64,000 bases of DNA, from positions 62,001 through 126,000 of the forward strand of contig NW_026262684.1 of the NCBI RefSeq assembly GCF_021869535.1, written 5' to 3'. The translations under genes and the position numbers were made by a program. Positions 49,744 through 62,810 of this stretch are shown piece after piece; position 1 is the stretch's first letter, and each line of letters starts with the position of its first letter. The DNA comes from Mytilus californianus (lineage: Eukaryota). A model generated the notes under the pieces. The model did not search any database. It was not told the DNA's origin and was given only the letters and a program-made list of their open reading frames with translations.

Positions 49744-49833
49744 TTGATTGATTGATTGATTGTGTTTAAGTCACTTTCAGCACTCTGCTATATCGCGGCG
49801 GTCAATTATTTTGGTGGAGGAAGCCAGAGTATT
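49744..49833 (-). mobile_element. V-type SINE (paralog of 1822-1940) split by the Penelope-like insertion; resumes at about 53754-53785
   Basis: gagtatt|insert|tagagagaaccaccgag versus the uninterrupted gagtgtttatggagaatcaccgac at about 1906. Confidence 0.75.
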
Positions 49834-52800
49834 CACAGCATGATTGAAAACAAGTAGAATAAATACTATTATACTGGATGACACGTCGCCCAGGATAAAA
49901 AGGTGTCAATCGGATATTGTCAGGGATACAATAACACAGATTACATCAGATGTCCCCAGGACCATCTTAAAGGATGTAATGAAAACGACACATGTGCAGT
50001 CTTCTGATTCCTCGTTGTACTATAAACATTCAGACAATTTTGTTTATATTCGGCCCTGTACTGTTCAACTTTCAGATATTTTAGATTTCAATGATAACTT
50101 ACAATATTGCTCTATTTCCAAATGTAACCGTAAAAATTGTAAAACCTGTGGTATAATAATATCTGATACCCATTTTCAAAGTAACTTGACCACCAAAAGT
50201 TACAATACACACAGTCATGAGGATTAAAATTGTACTGCTTCCAATGTTGTGTACGGTATTGAATGTGCTTTTTGTGGACTGATCTACGGCGGGGAAACTC
50301 GACAAAGACTCAATTTAAGAATGAATGACCATCGGTCCAATGTTAATGATCCTAATAACAACAAATTTTATTCAGCCTGACCATTCTATTGTGTCAATGA
50401 AAGTCCGGATTATAGAGAAAATATATCATTCAACAAATGACCCCATATTGAGCACACCATATCATCTACAAAAAGAAGACTTTTGGATAAGAGAGTTGGG
50501 AACAACCATTCCCTATGGATACAATGACAAATTTGATGTTGTAGCTATTTTGTCTAGTCCCAGGTGTAGTACTGTCAATAAATTACAATTAGTTAACACT
50601 TCTGCTCGACGAAATAGAAGTCATGGTCACAGAAATTATACACCACCTGCTGTTCACACCGTGACAATTGATAGTCTGTTATCGTATGTTCAAAAACACC
50701 ATATCAGAACTTAATTATACTCCATTCCATTATCTAAACTGTATTTACTATTTCAAGAGGCCCACACTACTTCCGTTATTGATTCTACTTCTGTTTTGTA
50801 TAGATTAGTTGCAATAATCATGGACATTGCTAACCATAGACTAGTCAAACCCGTATCAACTACTTCCAAAAATGAGGAAACACGCAATTTTTATAAAGTA
50901 GAATTCGCCAATAAAGGTTAAGATGCTATCAATATTAGCAATATATTTTCCACCAAAAATCTGTACAAAAAACTATACCTGATTACTTCAAAAATAAAGC
51001 TACACCTGTAATTTCATAAACTTACACCAAGTCGATTGCATCCAAGATTTTCAACCACAAAAGGGTTTTAGAGACCTTTAACCTCAAAGATGAGAAATCC
51101 AAACCTGGGATTGCTCATGTGCATCGTCAAAATACAATTATAGTCCAAATAATCATGTTATTACTGTCGACCTTTAGCATCGTAACCAATGAACAACTAA
51201 GAGAGTTGTTGGCCAAGGGACCAAAATATAGAATTCCCCAGTCCATCAACTGGAAAAAGAACTTCAGGTTACTGATGGATGCAGTTGAGGACTATGCTAG
51301 AAAATGGGTAAAGCGCGAACCAGACGAACCAGAACTGGACACTTTGTCTGAATGGATCAAAGCCATTCGATCATGCATTCAGACGTGCATTCAGAAACTA
51401 CGATGTGCTATGAGCATACGGGTTTCTAACCCATTCAAAAACCATGAGGTTGTGGATGCTCTATCCACTTTGCATGACAAATGTGTCATTGTTTCAGCAG
51501 ATAAAGCCTCCAATAATATTGTCTTCGAATGTAAAAACCATTTTTTCCAATGTCTCACAAAAGAGCTTGGAATAAATAGCACAACTGGTAATCCTACATA
51601 TTCTTTAACATCATTTACAAAGGATGAAATTTTACAAAATCACAAATCTGTCCTTCTTTCTTTTGGTATTTACATTGAAGAAAACGAAGAAAATCTACCG
51701 TCATTATACTGGATATCAAACTTCACAAAACTCCGTCTAAAGAACGATACATAGCTGGATCATCAAGATGTTCGAATAAACATCTTTCTAAAGTGCTGAC
51801 TACTATTCTTTCTACAGTAAAAGATGGCCTTCAAGAATATTGTGATGAGATATATTCAACCGGTGGTGTCAATCCGATGTGGATTCTTAAAAATTCTCAA
51901 GATCTACTGCTAAATCTTAGATCACAATCTCTGCAATTTTGAAGCAACATTAAGACATTTGATTTTTCAAATCTTTACACTACTATTCCCCATGCTCAAT
52001 TGAAGGATCGACTTCACCATCTCGTTAAACAGAGCTTTTTCGATACAAATGGGAATCGTAGATATAAATGTCTTGTTTTGGGTTATAATAATTCTTATTT
52101 TGTGAAGAATCACACTGATTCTATCAGAAAATACACTGAAGATGATATTATTAAGATGCTGGACTTTTTAATCGACAATAATTTGTTGAGTTTGGAGGAT
52201 TGATATTTCAACAGACAGTCGGTATTCCAAAGTGTACTAATTGTGCACCCCTTCGGGCCGATTTGTTTTTGAACTCGTATGAAACAGAATTCATTCAGAA
52301 CCTTGTAAAAGACAAAAAGAAAAAGCACCTTGCAAAATTCTTTAATTTTACTCTCAGATATATTGATGATGTCCTATCACTAAATAACACATATTTCAGT
52401 CAGTACTTTCATCTCATATATCCCAGTGAACTTGAAATTAAGGATACTACTGATACTAGAAGGACTGCTTCATACCTTGATCGTTTCCTGAAATTGACAC
52501 AGATGGAAGACTTCACACTAAAATCTATGACAAACGGGATGATTTCTACTTCCCAATTATCAATTTCCCGTTTTCTCAGCAGTAACATACCCTCTGCTCC
52601 GTCATATGATGTTTACATATCTCAATTGATACGTCATGCTCGTGCATGTTCTCACTATACAGACCTCATACGGGAGTGTGCTCCTCACGCAGAAACTGAT
52701 CCAACAGAGTTATGAGGGGGAAAGATTAAAAATGACACTCCGTAAATGTTATTGACACCATCACGAATTGGTAGATCTATACGATGTGTCTGTGTCTAAA

Positions 52801-53753
52801 CTGACTAACGACATTTTTATCACGTCTTAGATTGTGGTTTAACATCTATGTCGTCGGTCTGCTAAGTACCGAACGTGACCTATTCCCGAATATGACTGAT
52901 TTGTCAAGTGTGAATTTGCATTGCTATATGACGTGTCTCGGTATTTATACATCCAACATGCATGTATTTAGTTATGTTTCTTAATTAGTTGGTTCGGTTG
53001 GATATTGTGTTATGTCTTATCGTTTGTGGTTTGAATTCTGTATTTTCGGTACATTTCACATATGTCATATTTGTCAGTATAGTCGAGTTAATTTCCATTT
53101 TCCGTGGATAAAGTATTGTGTTAGTCCAAATAATTATGATCTCGTCACAGCATTAATCTAAAATAGCCTTTCAAGACCGTCATTATAATTATAATTATTT
53201 GGATTAGTATTGTGAAAATTATTGTAAATTTTTGGATCTCGTTTCATATAATTGTATGAATTTCAGGATTAAATATACGTTAGATAAATACATCACTGTT
53301 TGTGGTGTGCTGTGCTGTTGTTAAAGGAGGATGTCCGTTGTTATTCTGCGGTTTACACGTTGAAATATACTATTATATTATTTATCTATGCGTGTCTCTG
53401 TGCTGAGTGTAATTGCGTTTGTTTGTACTGTATTCCTGTCACAAAGTGATTTTAGCGATATTTTTTAACATTGCCATATAAACGGGAGGTTTGGCTAGCC
53501 ATATAACCAGGTTCAACCAACCATGTTTTCTTAAAATGTCCTGTACCAAGTCAGGAATATGTCAGTTGTTATCAAATAGTCCGTTTCTATGTATTTTGAC
53601 GTTTGTTTTGTTGCATTTCAGTGTTTCTGTTGTTCCGTTGTTTTCCTCTTATAGTTGATGTGTTTCCCTCGGTTTTAGTTTGTAACCCGAATTTTTTTTT
53701 CTCTCAATCGATTTATGACTTTTGAACAGCGTTATACTACTGTTACCTTTATT
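49834..53753 (+). mobile_element. Penelope-like retroelement with permuted domains (GIY-YIG - CxC linker - RT), Naiad-type, decayed; antisense in gene B intron 1
   Basis: CNRKNCKTC; NVVYGIEC..CGLIYGGET (GIY-YIG) and EDFWIRELGT..PYG.ND; DCSC at 51109-20; KGPKYR; KTFDFSNLYT; GIP..TNCAP..ADLF; RYIDDVL. Ends at TAG 52828-30, then a 0.9-kb tail. Many stops and frameshifts; tatt on both flanks. Confidence 0.9.
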
Positions 53754-54872
53754 TATTTAGAGAGAACCACCGAGAATCAGCAGGAAAATGACGCTACAAT
53801 TTTGAAAAATAGATCACATTATAAATCCAGCCTTTTAACCTACAGATTTAGATATCCATGGAAATCTGTTGCTCATATTATCGTCTTTTGATACAAAAAT
53901 ATATGAAGATTGTTAAAAGTAATTACTATGTCTTACAGAAGGCTTTTCGGTCAAAAAAATATTAAAAATTTAACCAAAGTGTCGTAGCTCTAGTTAAATC
54001 GTAGTTAACATTTTCGTGTTATCTCATTGATCTTACTATGGTGGACTAAGTCTGGTGGACTGTTAGTACCAATGGATACGACCAGACTAGAAGTCTGCAC
54101 TTTGGTTTTCCATGCATATACAACAATAATGTTATTGAAATTTGGTGTTATGAAGTTTTGAAATTAAGTTTTAGGGTGTTGTCTGATCTTGATTTTGATT
54201 TTTTGTCAGATATTCGAAAACCTCTGATATTATCCATATATTGCCATTACAAGTTATGCCCACTCACTCCTTCCTTTCTTTTCATATTTTTATTACATAC
54301 AATTCAAAAAGCCAGTTTTGAATATCTTATAAAATCCTTCTTATTATTTCATAGTTTTTGAAAGATAAAAAGATGCCAATGTTAGATGCAAGAGAAATCT
54401 TGAGAGAAGCATTTTACTATATATATAAAATGGCTTATATCTACATGTATATACAAGAATAAGGACACGGACTACTCATTTTTTTTTATCTGAATATACT
54501 ATCAAGTCTTTTGAGCAGACAATATCCTTTTATAAAAAATTTATTTTCCTCATGCATAGCTGTAATTCGTTTCCTGATTTGGGTATATTTTTTGCCCTTT
54601 TTATGCTTTAAGCCTTCAACTTTTGTATTAGCTTTGATTTGAAATGGTTTTGCCTACCATTTGTACTAGTATAAGTATAACTGAATGGTTTCAACCTAAA
54701 TTTGTTTTGCATTTTTAGATAAGTAATCACATTTGTAATGTCTATCATTTAAAGTGTCAATCATGATAGTAGAATATTTTCGTTCCTAGACAATCGCTGA
54801 TAGTTTTATCGGTCTTACAACGGCTGAATATTCGGCTCATTATTATTAAATTAAAGACAAATATTATATTAC

Positions 54873-54927
54873 CTGCAACCTGCAACACTTTTAGGAATAC
54901 AAAAATAAATTTCTGTCTGTCCCACAT
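54873..54927 (-). CDS. Gene B exon 1: putative signal peptide
   Basis: 55 nt, MWDRQKFIFVFLKVLQVA-G, donor GTAATA. Confidence 0.65.
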
Positions 54928-57900
54928 GTCTAAAACAAGAAAGAAGTATACTAATTGGTTCATTTCAGTTTAAATCCATTGTACAGATTTATATTATATG
55001 GTCAATTTTACTTGCTTTAAGTTATTCTAAAGATAAGAATCTGACATTCACTATTATAAAACAATGTACCTGTATTCTCATTCTTAATTGTGTTTCCCCC
55101 GTGTTCATTACATACTTTAAATCTATTGAGCTATTATCACTATTATCCACAATATTTAATAACATAAAAACATCCTTCAAAAATCACTGACGGTCACGAC
55201 CAAAATATGAAATCGGAAATTGGGTTTAAATAGAGATCTCTCAATGGACACTATTTTTAATATTCAGTTTGACGCTTCATATTATTCTTGTAGTAACGTA
55301 TTGTATGTTTTATTTGAAAAGCGAATGTGTAATACTTGACAATAATCTTAAGACTGGTTTTGTCTGTTATTTTAACAATAGTATGTTCAATTCGATTTCG
55401 ATATATTTATGGTTCTTGTTTTTTCCCTCCCGGTCATTGCACTATGTTTTCAGCTGAACAGTTTATTTTCAATCTTTCTGAGTAATGATTAATCTTTAAT
55501 TGAAATAGCTATAATATCATTTTGAAATTTTATTTTACACTGTAAAAAAACTGACCTTTACATACAACATCAGCAGTGTATAATATCTAACTACACAAGT
55601 TATATTTTACATTTTACATCTGGCTCTCGATTTCGGTCCGTCAGCAAAAAAAACAAAAAATGTAAAAAAAAATAAGAAAAAAATAATAATTGTTTAGTAA
55701 GGAACCTTGACAAAAGAATTCAGTTAAGAAGACTAATAACGCCGAATAGAAATTAAGAAATAATTCATGCACGCCATAGATTTGTTGGAAATGTTCACAT
55801 GGCCTGAGAATGTTGAAACCCGTATTAATATAAAATAAAACCTATTCTAATAATAATTCATAATAATGTCCAACTCCTTGAAGGCGATTCTAGCCTTAGA
55901 TTAATTGGCTTCGAACCCACACACTTTATAAAGTAGTATTGTCATATATATATTCAATATGAACCTGCGTGTGCAGACTTATTTTGTGTTTAAGTTTTTT
56001 TTATGCAGCTAATGCCTTTTATTTTCCTGTTTCCGTAATATATATCGGAAACAATTCAAATAGAAAAGGTGCCATCATTTCCTGGGGTCAATTGCTATTG
56101 TTGTTTCAAAATTTTCCAGCTATTATCAATACTACTTTCCTTGTTTGATTAAAAATACTTCTTGGGTTCTCCATAATGCAAATTTATATTTGAACTTGAC
56201 ATTTTGTAGAGTTATTTTTAACATTCAATTTAAATATCATCCTGACATAAATGTCTACCGAATGTAACACTAACTGTCATGTGAAGGACTCGTGTAGTTT
56301 TGGTGCATTGTATGTACTTAACATAACAATCTAATCTGTGAAAATGAACTTGTACTGAACGACGAACTACAACCTTATGTATATCCATAATTAAGAAATT
56401 GATACTTAAGGGGTCAATGATATAGATTGACTACAAAATGAACATTTAAATTTGAATAGATGAACTTTTTATAACTAAATCAACAATGAATACAAAACCT
56501 TTGAAAATAGAAAAAAAGTCATGTTATATAACTAGTCTTATAGATAAATACATAATTTATTTTCTATAGTAAACCAAAATAGCATAATTGTTGATTTTTG
56601 GCTACCATTTCTCCATTTGTTTTTCCAATTTTGCTCCTTGCACTTTTTGTATATACATGATATAACCACCAAGGATTTTAGAAATAATTGACTCATAAAA
56701 CCGTGTGATTTTACTCGCCATATTGCTACATGTACGAACAATCATAGTATTTTGAAAATTTTGTAAAACGATGAAACTGTAATGATGTATTTAAACATTG
56801 GCAAGATTAATTGGTTGATAAGGATTTTCCTAAACTTCAACACTTGATTGGCTCCGTTTCAACATTTTTCTGAATACCGTTGGTATCAGTAATTACTGAT
56901 GTGTCGTCACGATTGTCTCTTCGAGAGTAAGCACTTGATCCAAAAGATCATATTATTATGATTTATTGTCCTTCATCATCATAAGATTGTTCTGGAGCAC
57001 CACGTTGGGTTTCTTCTCTTATTAGAATGGTTAACTCTCTTAAGCTAGTTTTCATATACTGCGGATGTTGTTTGATACGGTAATATTTATAATTGTCTCG
57101 TGATAATCCTGTCTTCATTGTCATTATTCTATTTTTGAGTGGCTTTCATAATTCATTTGTATTTTAAATTTCTTAAAAATATCACCTATGCATGTTTGCT
57201 TTCTGTCTTTTTTTATAGGAGTACCACTATAAAAATAAACACACTGCATCGGCACAGATTGATGTATGCCTTTACTGACCCAGTCCAACAATCTTGCCGC
57301 GAGAAGGTCTTAGTACGCGAAAACTAACCTTCGAAAAAATGAAAAAAAATGCAATGAAAGTAAAACATACATTTTTAATCACTCAATAATGTTTTGAAGC
57401 TCGAAGCGTATTTCAACAAAGTGGCAATTTCATGTTCATGTTATTTTATGGCACAGGATAGGAACCTTGTCAATTGTTGTCGTTTGATATATATTCTTAT
57501 GTAATTTTTATTTTCAAAATCTGATTCTGATGGTCGATCTCTGTTATCTACCACCACATGTATACTTTAGTCAATTAGCAGGTTAATGTTTTTTAGAAAT
57601 TTTTTCTATTGTTGGAGACCACATTTTTGTACAGATCATGCAAACTATGTATTCCTAGCAGCAATTTAACAAAAAGGCTCTCCAAAGCACTAAATACCAC
57701 GTCAAAAAAATATTGCAAAGAAATAGCCTTTTCTTTTTAGAACGGGTGTAATTCTTTCATTTCTGCGAACGACTATTGTGTCTTGTTATATAGGTTTTAA
57801 TTGAATTCATGAAAACATGATAAACGTAAATTTTTATTCATTATTTCTTTGTTCTATATTACATTGTGTCATCAGAGCAAGTGTCTGTACACGAACACTA

Positions 57901-58303
57901 TTATTTAAGCCTGCAATTAGTACTTTCTGCAAACATTTCAGTTCCTATTTTGATAGACAAATCTTTGGTAAATCATATGCTGAAAAATGGGCATGGTTTT
58001 TCCATGCTTAACTATTTTCAAGGAATGTAAATATCCTCATTTTGTTACTGTATGATTTCTAATAAGGTAAAACATGTAGCATATTATTATTCAATATTCA
58101 TTTTTATTACACAATATAGTCCTCTATATGCATGGAATAATTTGTCACTGGACGTAAGGCAAGTAACAAACAATCAATTAAACAATACACAATGATGTCC
58201 TTTCATACAATCAGTGCAAAGTATGCTTGGAATTCAGAAGGAATACACCATACATTTTTTTAATAGATATATCGACAAAATTGGAAAACAAGATATGAAC
58301 ATG

Positions 58304-58496
58304 ATAGTTAGTTTTCTCGTTTGAATTGTTTTACATTTGTCATTTCGGGGCCTTTTATAGCTGACTATGCGGTATGGGCTTTGCTCATTGTTGATGGCAG
58401 TACTGTGACCTATAGTTGTCAATATGTGTGTCATTTGGTCTCTGGCGGAGAGTTGTCTCCTTGGCAATCATACCACATCTTCTTTAATTTTTATAT
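58304..58496 (-). repeat. Paralogous copy of the 8924-9110 dispersed repeat (insertion predates the duplication)
   Basis: Same flanks and same truncation point as 8924-9110. Confidence 0.85.
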
Positions 58497-60660
58497 GATG
58501 AATAGTCAAAAGTCATATGTGTCTGGAATAATTTATCTTTAAACTATATCATTTATAATTTCTATGAGAAGGAGTTTGAAAAATGAAATACTATTTCTTT
58601 TCTGCATTTAATGTGATGGTGCTAATTTTCAGAAAAATTGTATGTAAAATGGAACATAAGATCATGATAATCACAATCTCTTTTTTCATTGGGGTCATTC
58701 GTTTCAGAAGGGTGACGACGATGATATCAACGAAGACAATCATCTACTTTTAAAGAAGATAATTTACTAACATCCGTTGGTAGTGTGAAACTATCTATAT
58801 CAAGTACTCAATTCACAACTTCTTTAAGGCATCTCTATTATAAGAGGATCCAACAATACACACGGAGACGCGCCAAGATGGATATAATAAAATAGCTTTA
58901 CAGAATACCACAACAAAATAACACTTTACATATGCTATATCGTATCGCATGGTGACTGGAATCTAGCGTATAGGTTGCATGTTTGACACTCTGTTTGGTT
59001 AATCAGGCTAAACAAAGATAACACTGAAAATAATATTTCTTTATGAAATGCATTACCATAAAATGTTGGTGTGAAATCTTTTTAGTTGTTATGACATTTG
59101 ACTGAACTCTATTTGAATCTCATTCTTCTCCTCTGTCTGTAATAAGCAACAAAGCAGGCCAAATCTAACAGATATAATGTTCACACGTTCATTTATACGC
59201 TCAGTTTGGGCGAAAGATAAATGTCTCACGATTAAAGTATTTTTATAATTTGATACAGTATCTCTTTTAGTATTTCTACTAACAGTGCATAATCTATCAA
59301 TATTATAAATGAAGTCATGGTCTATGAGCCGAGTAATCGGTACAAACCAATAAATGTAATTCGATGATAGTGTTTTTTCATTGCAGTTTGTCTGTAAGTT
59401 GCATTAAACATCGATGCACCAATGTAAAGTTATCGTTACTTCAACATATTCAAAAATATTTATAATGTGCACCTTGTATATTATTTACAATTTATGTTGT
59501 CGTTTCTGCGTTTCAACACACAAAAGACTTTTTTTTTGCGTTTAACCTTACTCATCGATTATTAAATGTAAAAATGCATGGCAGGGTTCTTGTTGCGCAG
59601 TCAGTTTTCTACGCTGTATTTTGTAAACTGTTTCTCTTCGTTGATTTTTGTTTGTAACCATCACGTTGTCAGTTTGTCCTCGATTCATGAATTTGATTAT
59701 CTTTTTGTCATTTGCCGCCTCTCTTCTTCTACCGTCACATCATTTCCTTTAAAATAAATGTATTACATATACATGTATCTACTGAGTAAGATAAATACTT
59801 AATAAACGGCAATTTGAAATAGGACTGTATAACAAACTTCTATCTAAACCTAAATACTGAAACGTTAGAATCATTATATACTAATTTGCCAAGCTTAAAT
59901 GAATATAAATTATTTAATAAACAAAACCACACATGAATAGGATAAGTGTGCCTACAGGTGGAGGAGCCTTTAATATTTATTACAATAAATGATCTTCAAA
60001 CTAATGTCAATTCACTATACACTCACCCGTGCACTACCAATCCAAGCATATAAAGTATATACACAATCAAAATCTTTCTACAAAAGACAAAAAATACATA
60101 TTAATAAAAGTTAATATAGTTATATACCCACATTTACAATAATCAACTCAAAAAAGTTGGGTGGGTCGGTAACGAACTGCCGCCACATAAACTATAGGCA
60201 AACTTTGATTAACTTCCAATGCTTAAGCAATAATTAATCATGCTTTTCACGAATCTCATGAGTTGCATATACCCGTAAAAGCCTCATTGTTGGTATATGC
60301 AACCCTATCATAACAGCCATAAAACACAACATGTGCTTAGTATAAACATAGACATGTGTTTATAGTAAACAATCACGTGACCGCTACTTCATCATGTGAC
60401 CAATAACTTTCATAAATATATTTAATAGTTATCTTTTCTTAAGTGTTTGCTAAGTAGTTCAAGTATTACGATGATGAAAAGATTAAAAATTTTGACAAGT
60501 GGTTTATCAAGACAATTGACTTCAAACTGGCTGTAAAAATCTAACTTTAAAGACTGGGATATAAATTTATCTTAATAATTATGTTTACCTATTTTGATGA
60601 AGATTGCTTTCGTCTAAGTATAAGTTTGCATCGCTCAACCAATTAAGCTCATTAAAAAAA

Positions 60661-60800
60661 AAGTAATATTACAAAAAAAAACGAACTCAAAGGGAAATTC
60701 AAAACGAAAAGTCCTTTATAAAATGGCAAACTCAAAAGCTCAAACACATCTAACGAATGGAAAACAACTGTCATATTCCTGACTTGGTACAGGCATTTCC
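60661..60800 (-). repeat. Solo Penelope-like 3'-tail fragment, specific to copy 2
   Basis: gaactc..ggaaattcaaaacgaaaagtcc...aacaactgtcatattcctgacttggtacagg. Confidence 0.75.
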
Positions 60801-62504
60801 TGAGTTTTTGTTTAAATCATTCAAAATCATTTTCTTGTTATGACTATTATTTATATACATTACGATAAAGATCAACTCAGTCGTTAATTTTACTGCGATT
60901 GACTAAAGGGCTAAATGCAGACAGGTTAATTGCTCACCTTTAATACACAATCAAGCAATTATAGCAGTTAAAAAAACAACTCGTTGAGCTACGATTTACA
61001 TTGAATACAATGGTTGACGACATATAATTAAATCTTTTTTTTTATCAAACGCATCATTAATACATATTTAGTAACAATCAAATTACATGCCAGCTTCAAT
61101 TAGCATTACCATGAACACTGTACATGCTGTATGACCAATCTTTTTTGTTGCATTACATTTGTAAAATATGTACTCGTTTCTTGAGATTGTATCCTCGTTT
61201 TCAATCACATATTTATTTAAACGACCTCTTTTTCTTCGACCTTTATTAAATGTTGAGATTTCAATATGGATATATTTGCATACCTTTTTTTAATACTTGT
61301 ATGCTTGCTATTTCAGCGAAAGTATAAATAATTACTTTGATACTTCTAAAACGTCTAATTCTCCCATATTGGGCAATATAACTCTTGGAAACGAAGACAG
61401 TTTCATCTGAAATAGTTTTTGTAAATTATATAAGACATGGTATCCTGCCCATATTTTAATAATGTATTTATTGATTTTTATTTTCATCTGTAGACAGTGT
61501 TTTTTTTTTTTTTCATTTCCGTTTCACCTTTGATACTTTCCTTAACCTGTTACCGCATGTTTGATAAGACGGTACAGTTTGAGCCAAAACATAGCATTGA
61601 TGATACTGATCGATGCAAAACTTGTGTTCAGAAAATTATAACGATATATTTTGAATCTTTTAAGTGTTTGTTTATGTTTTGTATCTTTATCAATGATATC
61701 AATTCAGAATATTTGAATAATAGAAAAACAAAGGATATGGGATATCCATCCATGACACAAAATCAGTACATGCACAGCATAGAAACACACAAAAAGCAAG
61801 GGAACAGTGCTTTTATTGCTGTTCTTCATCTCAAAGTCACAGTGGAGCAAAAAAAAAAACTCTCACCTTACTGCAAGTTTGGTCTATTTTCAGTTTTCTA
61901 AATTCGAACACGAGGAAGTTTTTGTGTTCTAAGTTATAAGCTTTGTCTGAAATTGCAAAAATTGCACAATTATTCAAGCGTATCACAATTATGTTTATTG
62001 TTTTTAAAAATGAATGTTTTAATTTTTTCAAACCAATCAAATGCTTTACACGCATTACTCTTTGGAATTTTTAAATTCATAAATGATTGGTCATAGCGTC
62101 ATACTTATACATTATGAGGAACTTTGTCTTTAATATAAGATTTGGAGACATTTGACCGTAAATGGCAGCCACATATGACCTTGTAAACAACTGAAGTAGC
62201 TGGAAACCAGATCTTATCGAAAATAGTTAAAAGTAAGCTATCTTTTGACGCTAAAAGTGTCTTTGAGTACTGAACATCGATTTTAAAACCCCTATTTCTT
62301 AAAATCAGTACTAAAATCCATATGTATTTCCAATAGGTTGAATGAACCTCTATATTAATGTTTTCTGAAGAAAAACATTTTTTTTTCTTCTGGCAAGTTT
62401 TGTTTCTTGCACATTAATTCTGTTTCGATATGTGTCGAAAAGATATTTGGAACATGATTATTATTATATATATTATATGACAGTGTTTCGTATAAAACTC
62501 ATCA

Positions 62505-62810
62505 TAGTAACAAAGCTTATATTTTGGTACGCCAGACCCGCGTTTTGTCTACAAATCAATGTCGCTTGAATCAAAACAGTTATAATTCCAAATCAAATAT
62601 TGACATGAAGAATGATTAATACTTGAAATATCAATTAGTTGTGACACAATATGTTTCTGGTGAAGGAAAACCTTAACGCTTTAAATATTTTTACATTACA
62701 TCAACCAAAATTTACAGAAAATGAACTTGTCACTCTTATGTAAACCGTAAATAACTAGTAATTAACTGCCGCATAACAAAAATAATAAGAACTACAACCT
62801 ATTTTTTATT
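62505..62810 (-). repeat. Degenerate hammerhead-family repeat, counterpart of 16195-16460
   Basis: Shares the core deletion and the downstream aaaatttacagaaaatgaac...aaccgtaaata segment. Confidence 0.6.

Larger units (their letters stand above)
41097..54927 (-). pseudogene. IgSF receptor gene B: SP-IgV-Ig-atypical Ig-TM-tail (514 aa if repaired); frameshifted in exon 3
   Basis: join(54873-54927, 49235-49564, 46116-46396, 42480-42824, 41097-41629). All phase-1 GT-AG, but exon 3 is 281 nt rather than 282, giving TGA at 46188-90. Confidence 0.85.
46371..60907. repeat. Segmental duplication copy 2 (paralogous to 1-11373)
   Basis: See copy 1. Carries extra insertions at about 47110-48230, 48870-49220, 49834-53753 and 60600-60800. 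Confidence 0.95.

Noticed and set aside
51119-52715. ORFs 51119-51754, 52000-52203 and 52200-52715 as separate genes
   Set aside because: They are frameshifted pieces of one retroelement polyprotein.
53555-53620. SECIS-like ATG(A/T)-N11-AAA in the Penelope-like tail
   Set aside because: The core reads ATGT here and the 3' side cannot form helix II.
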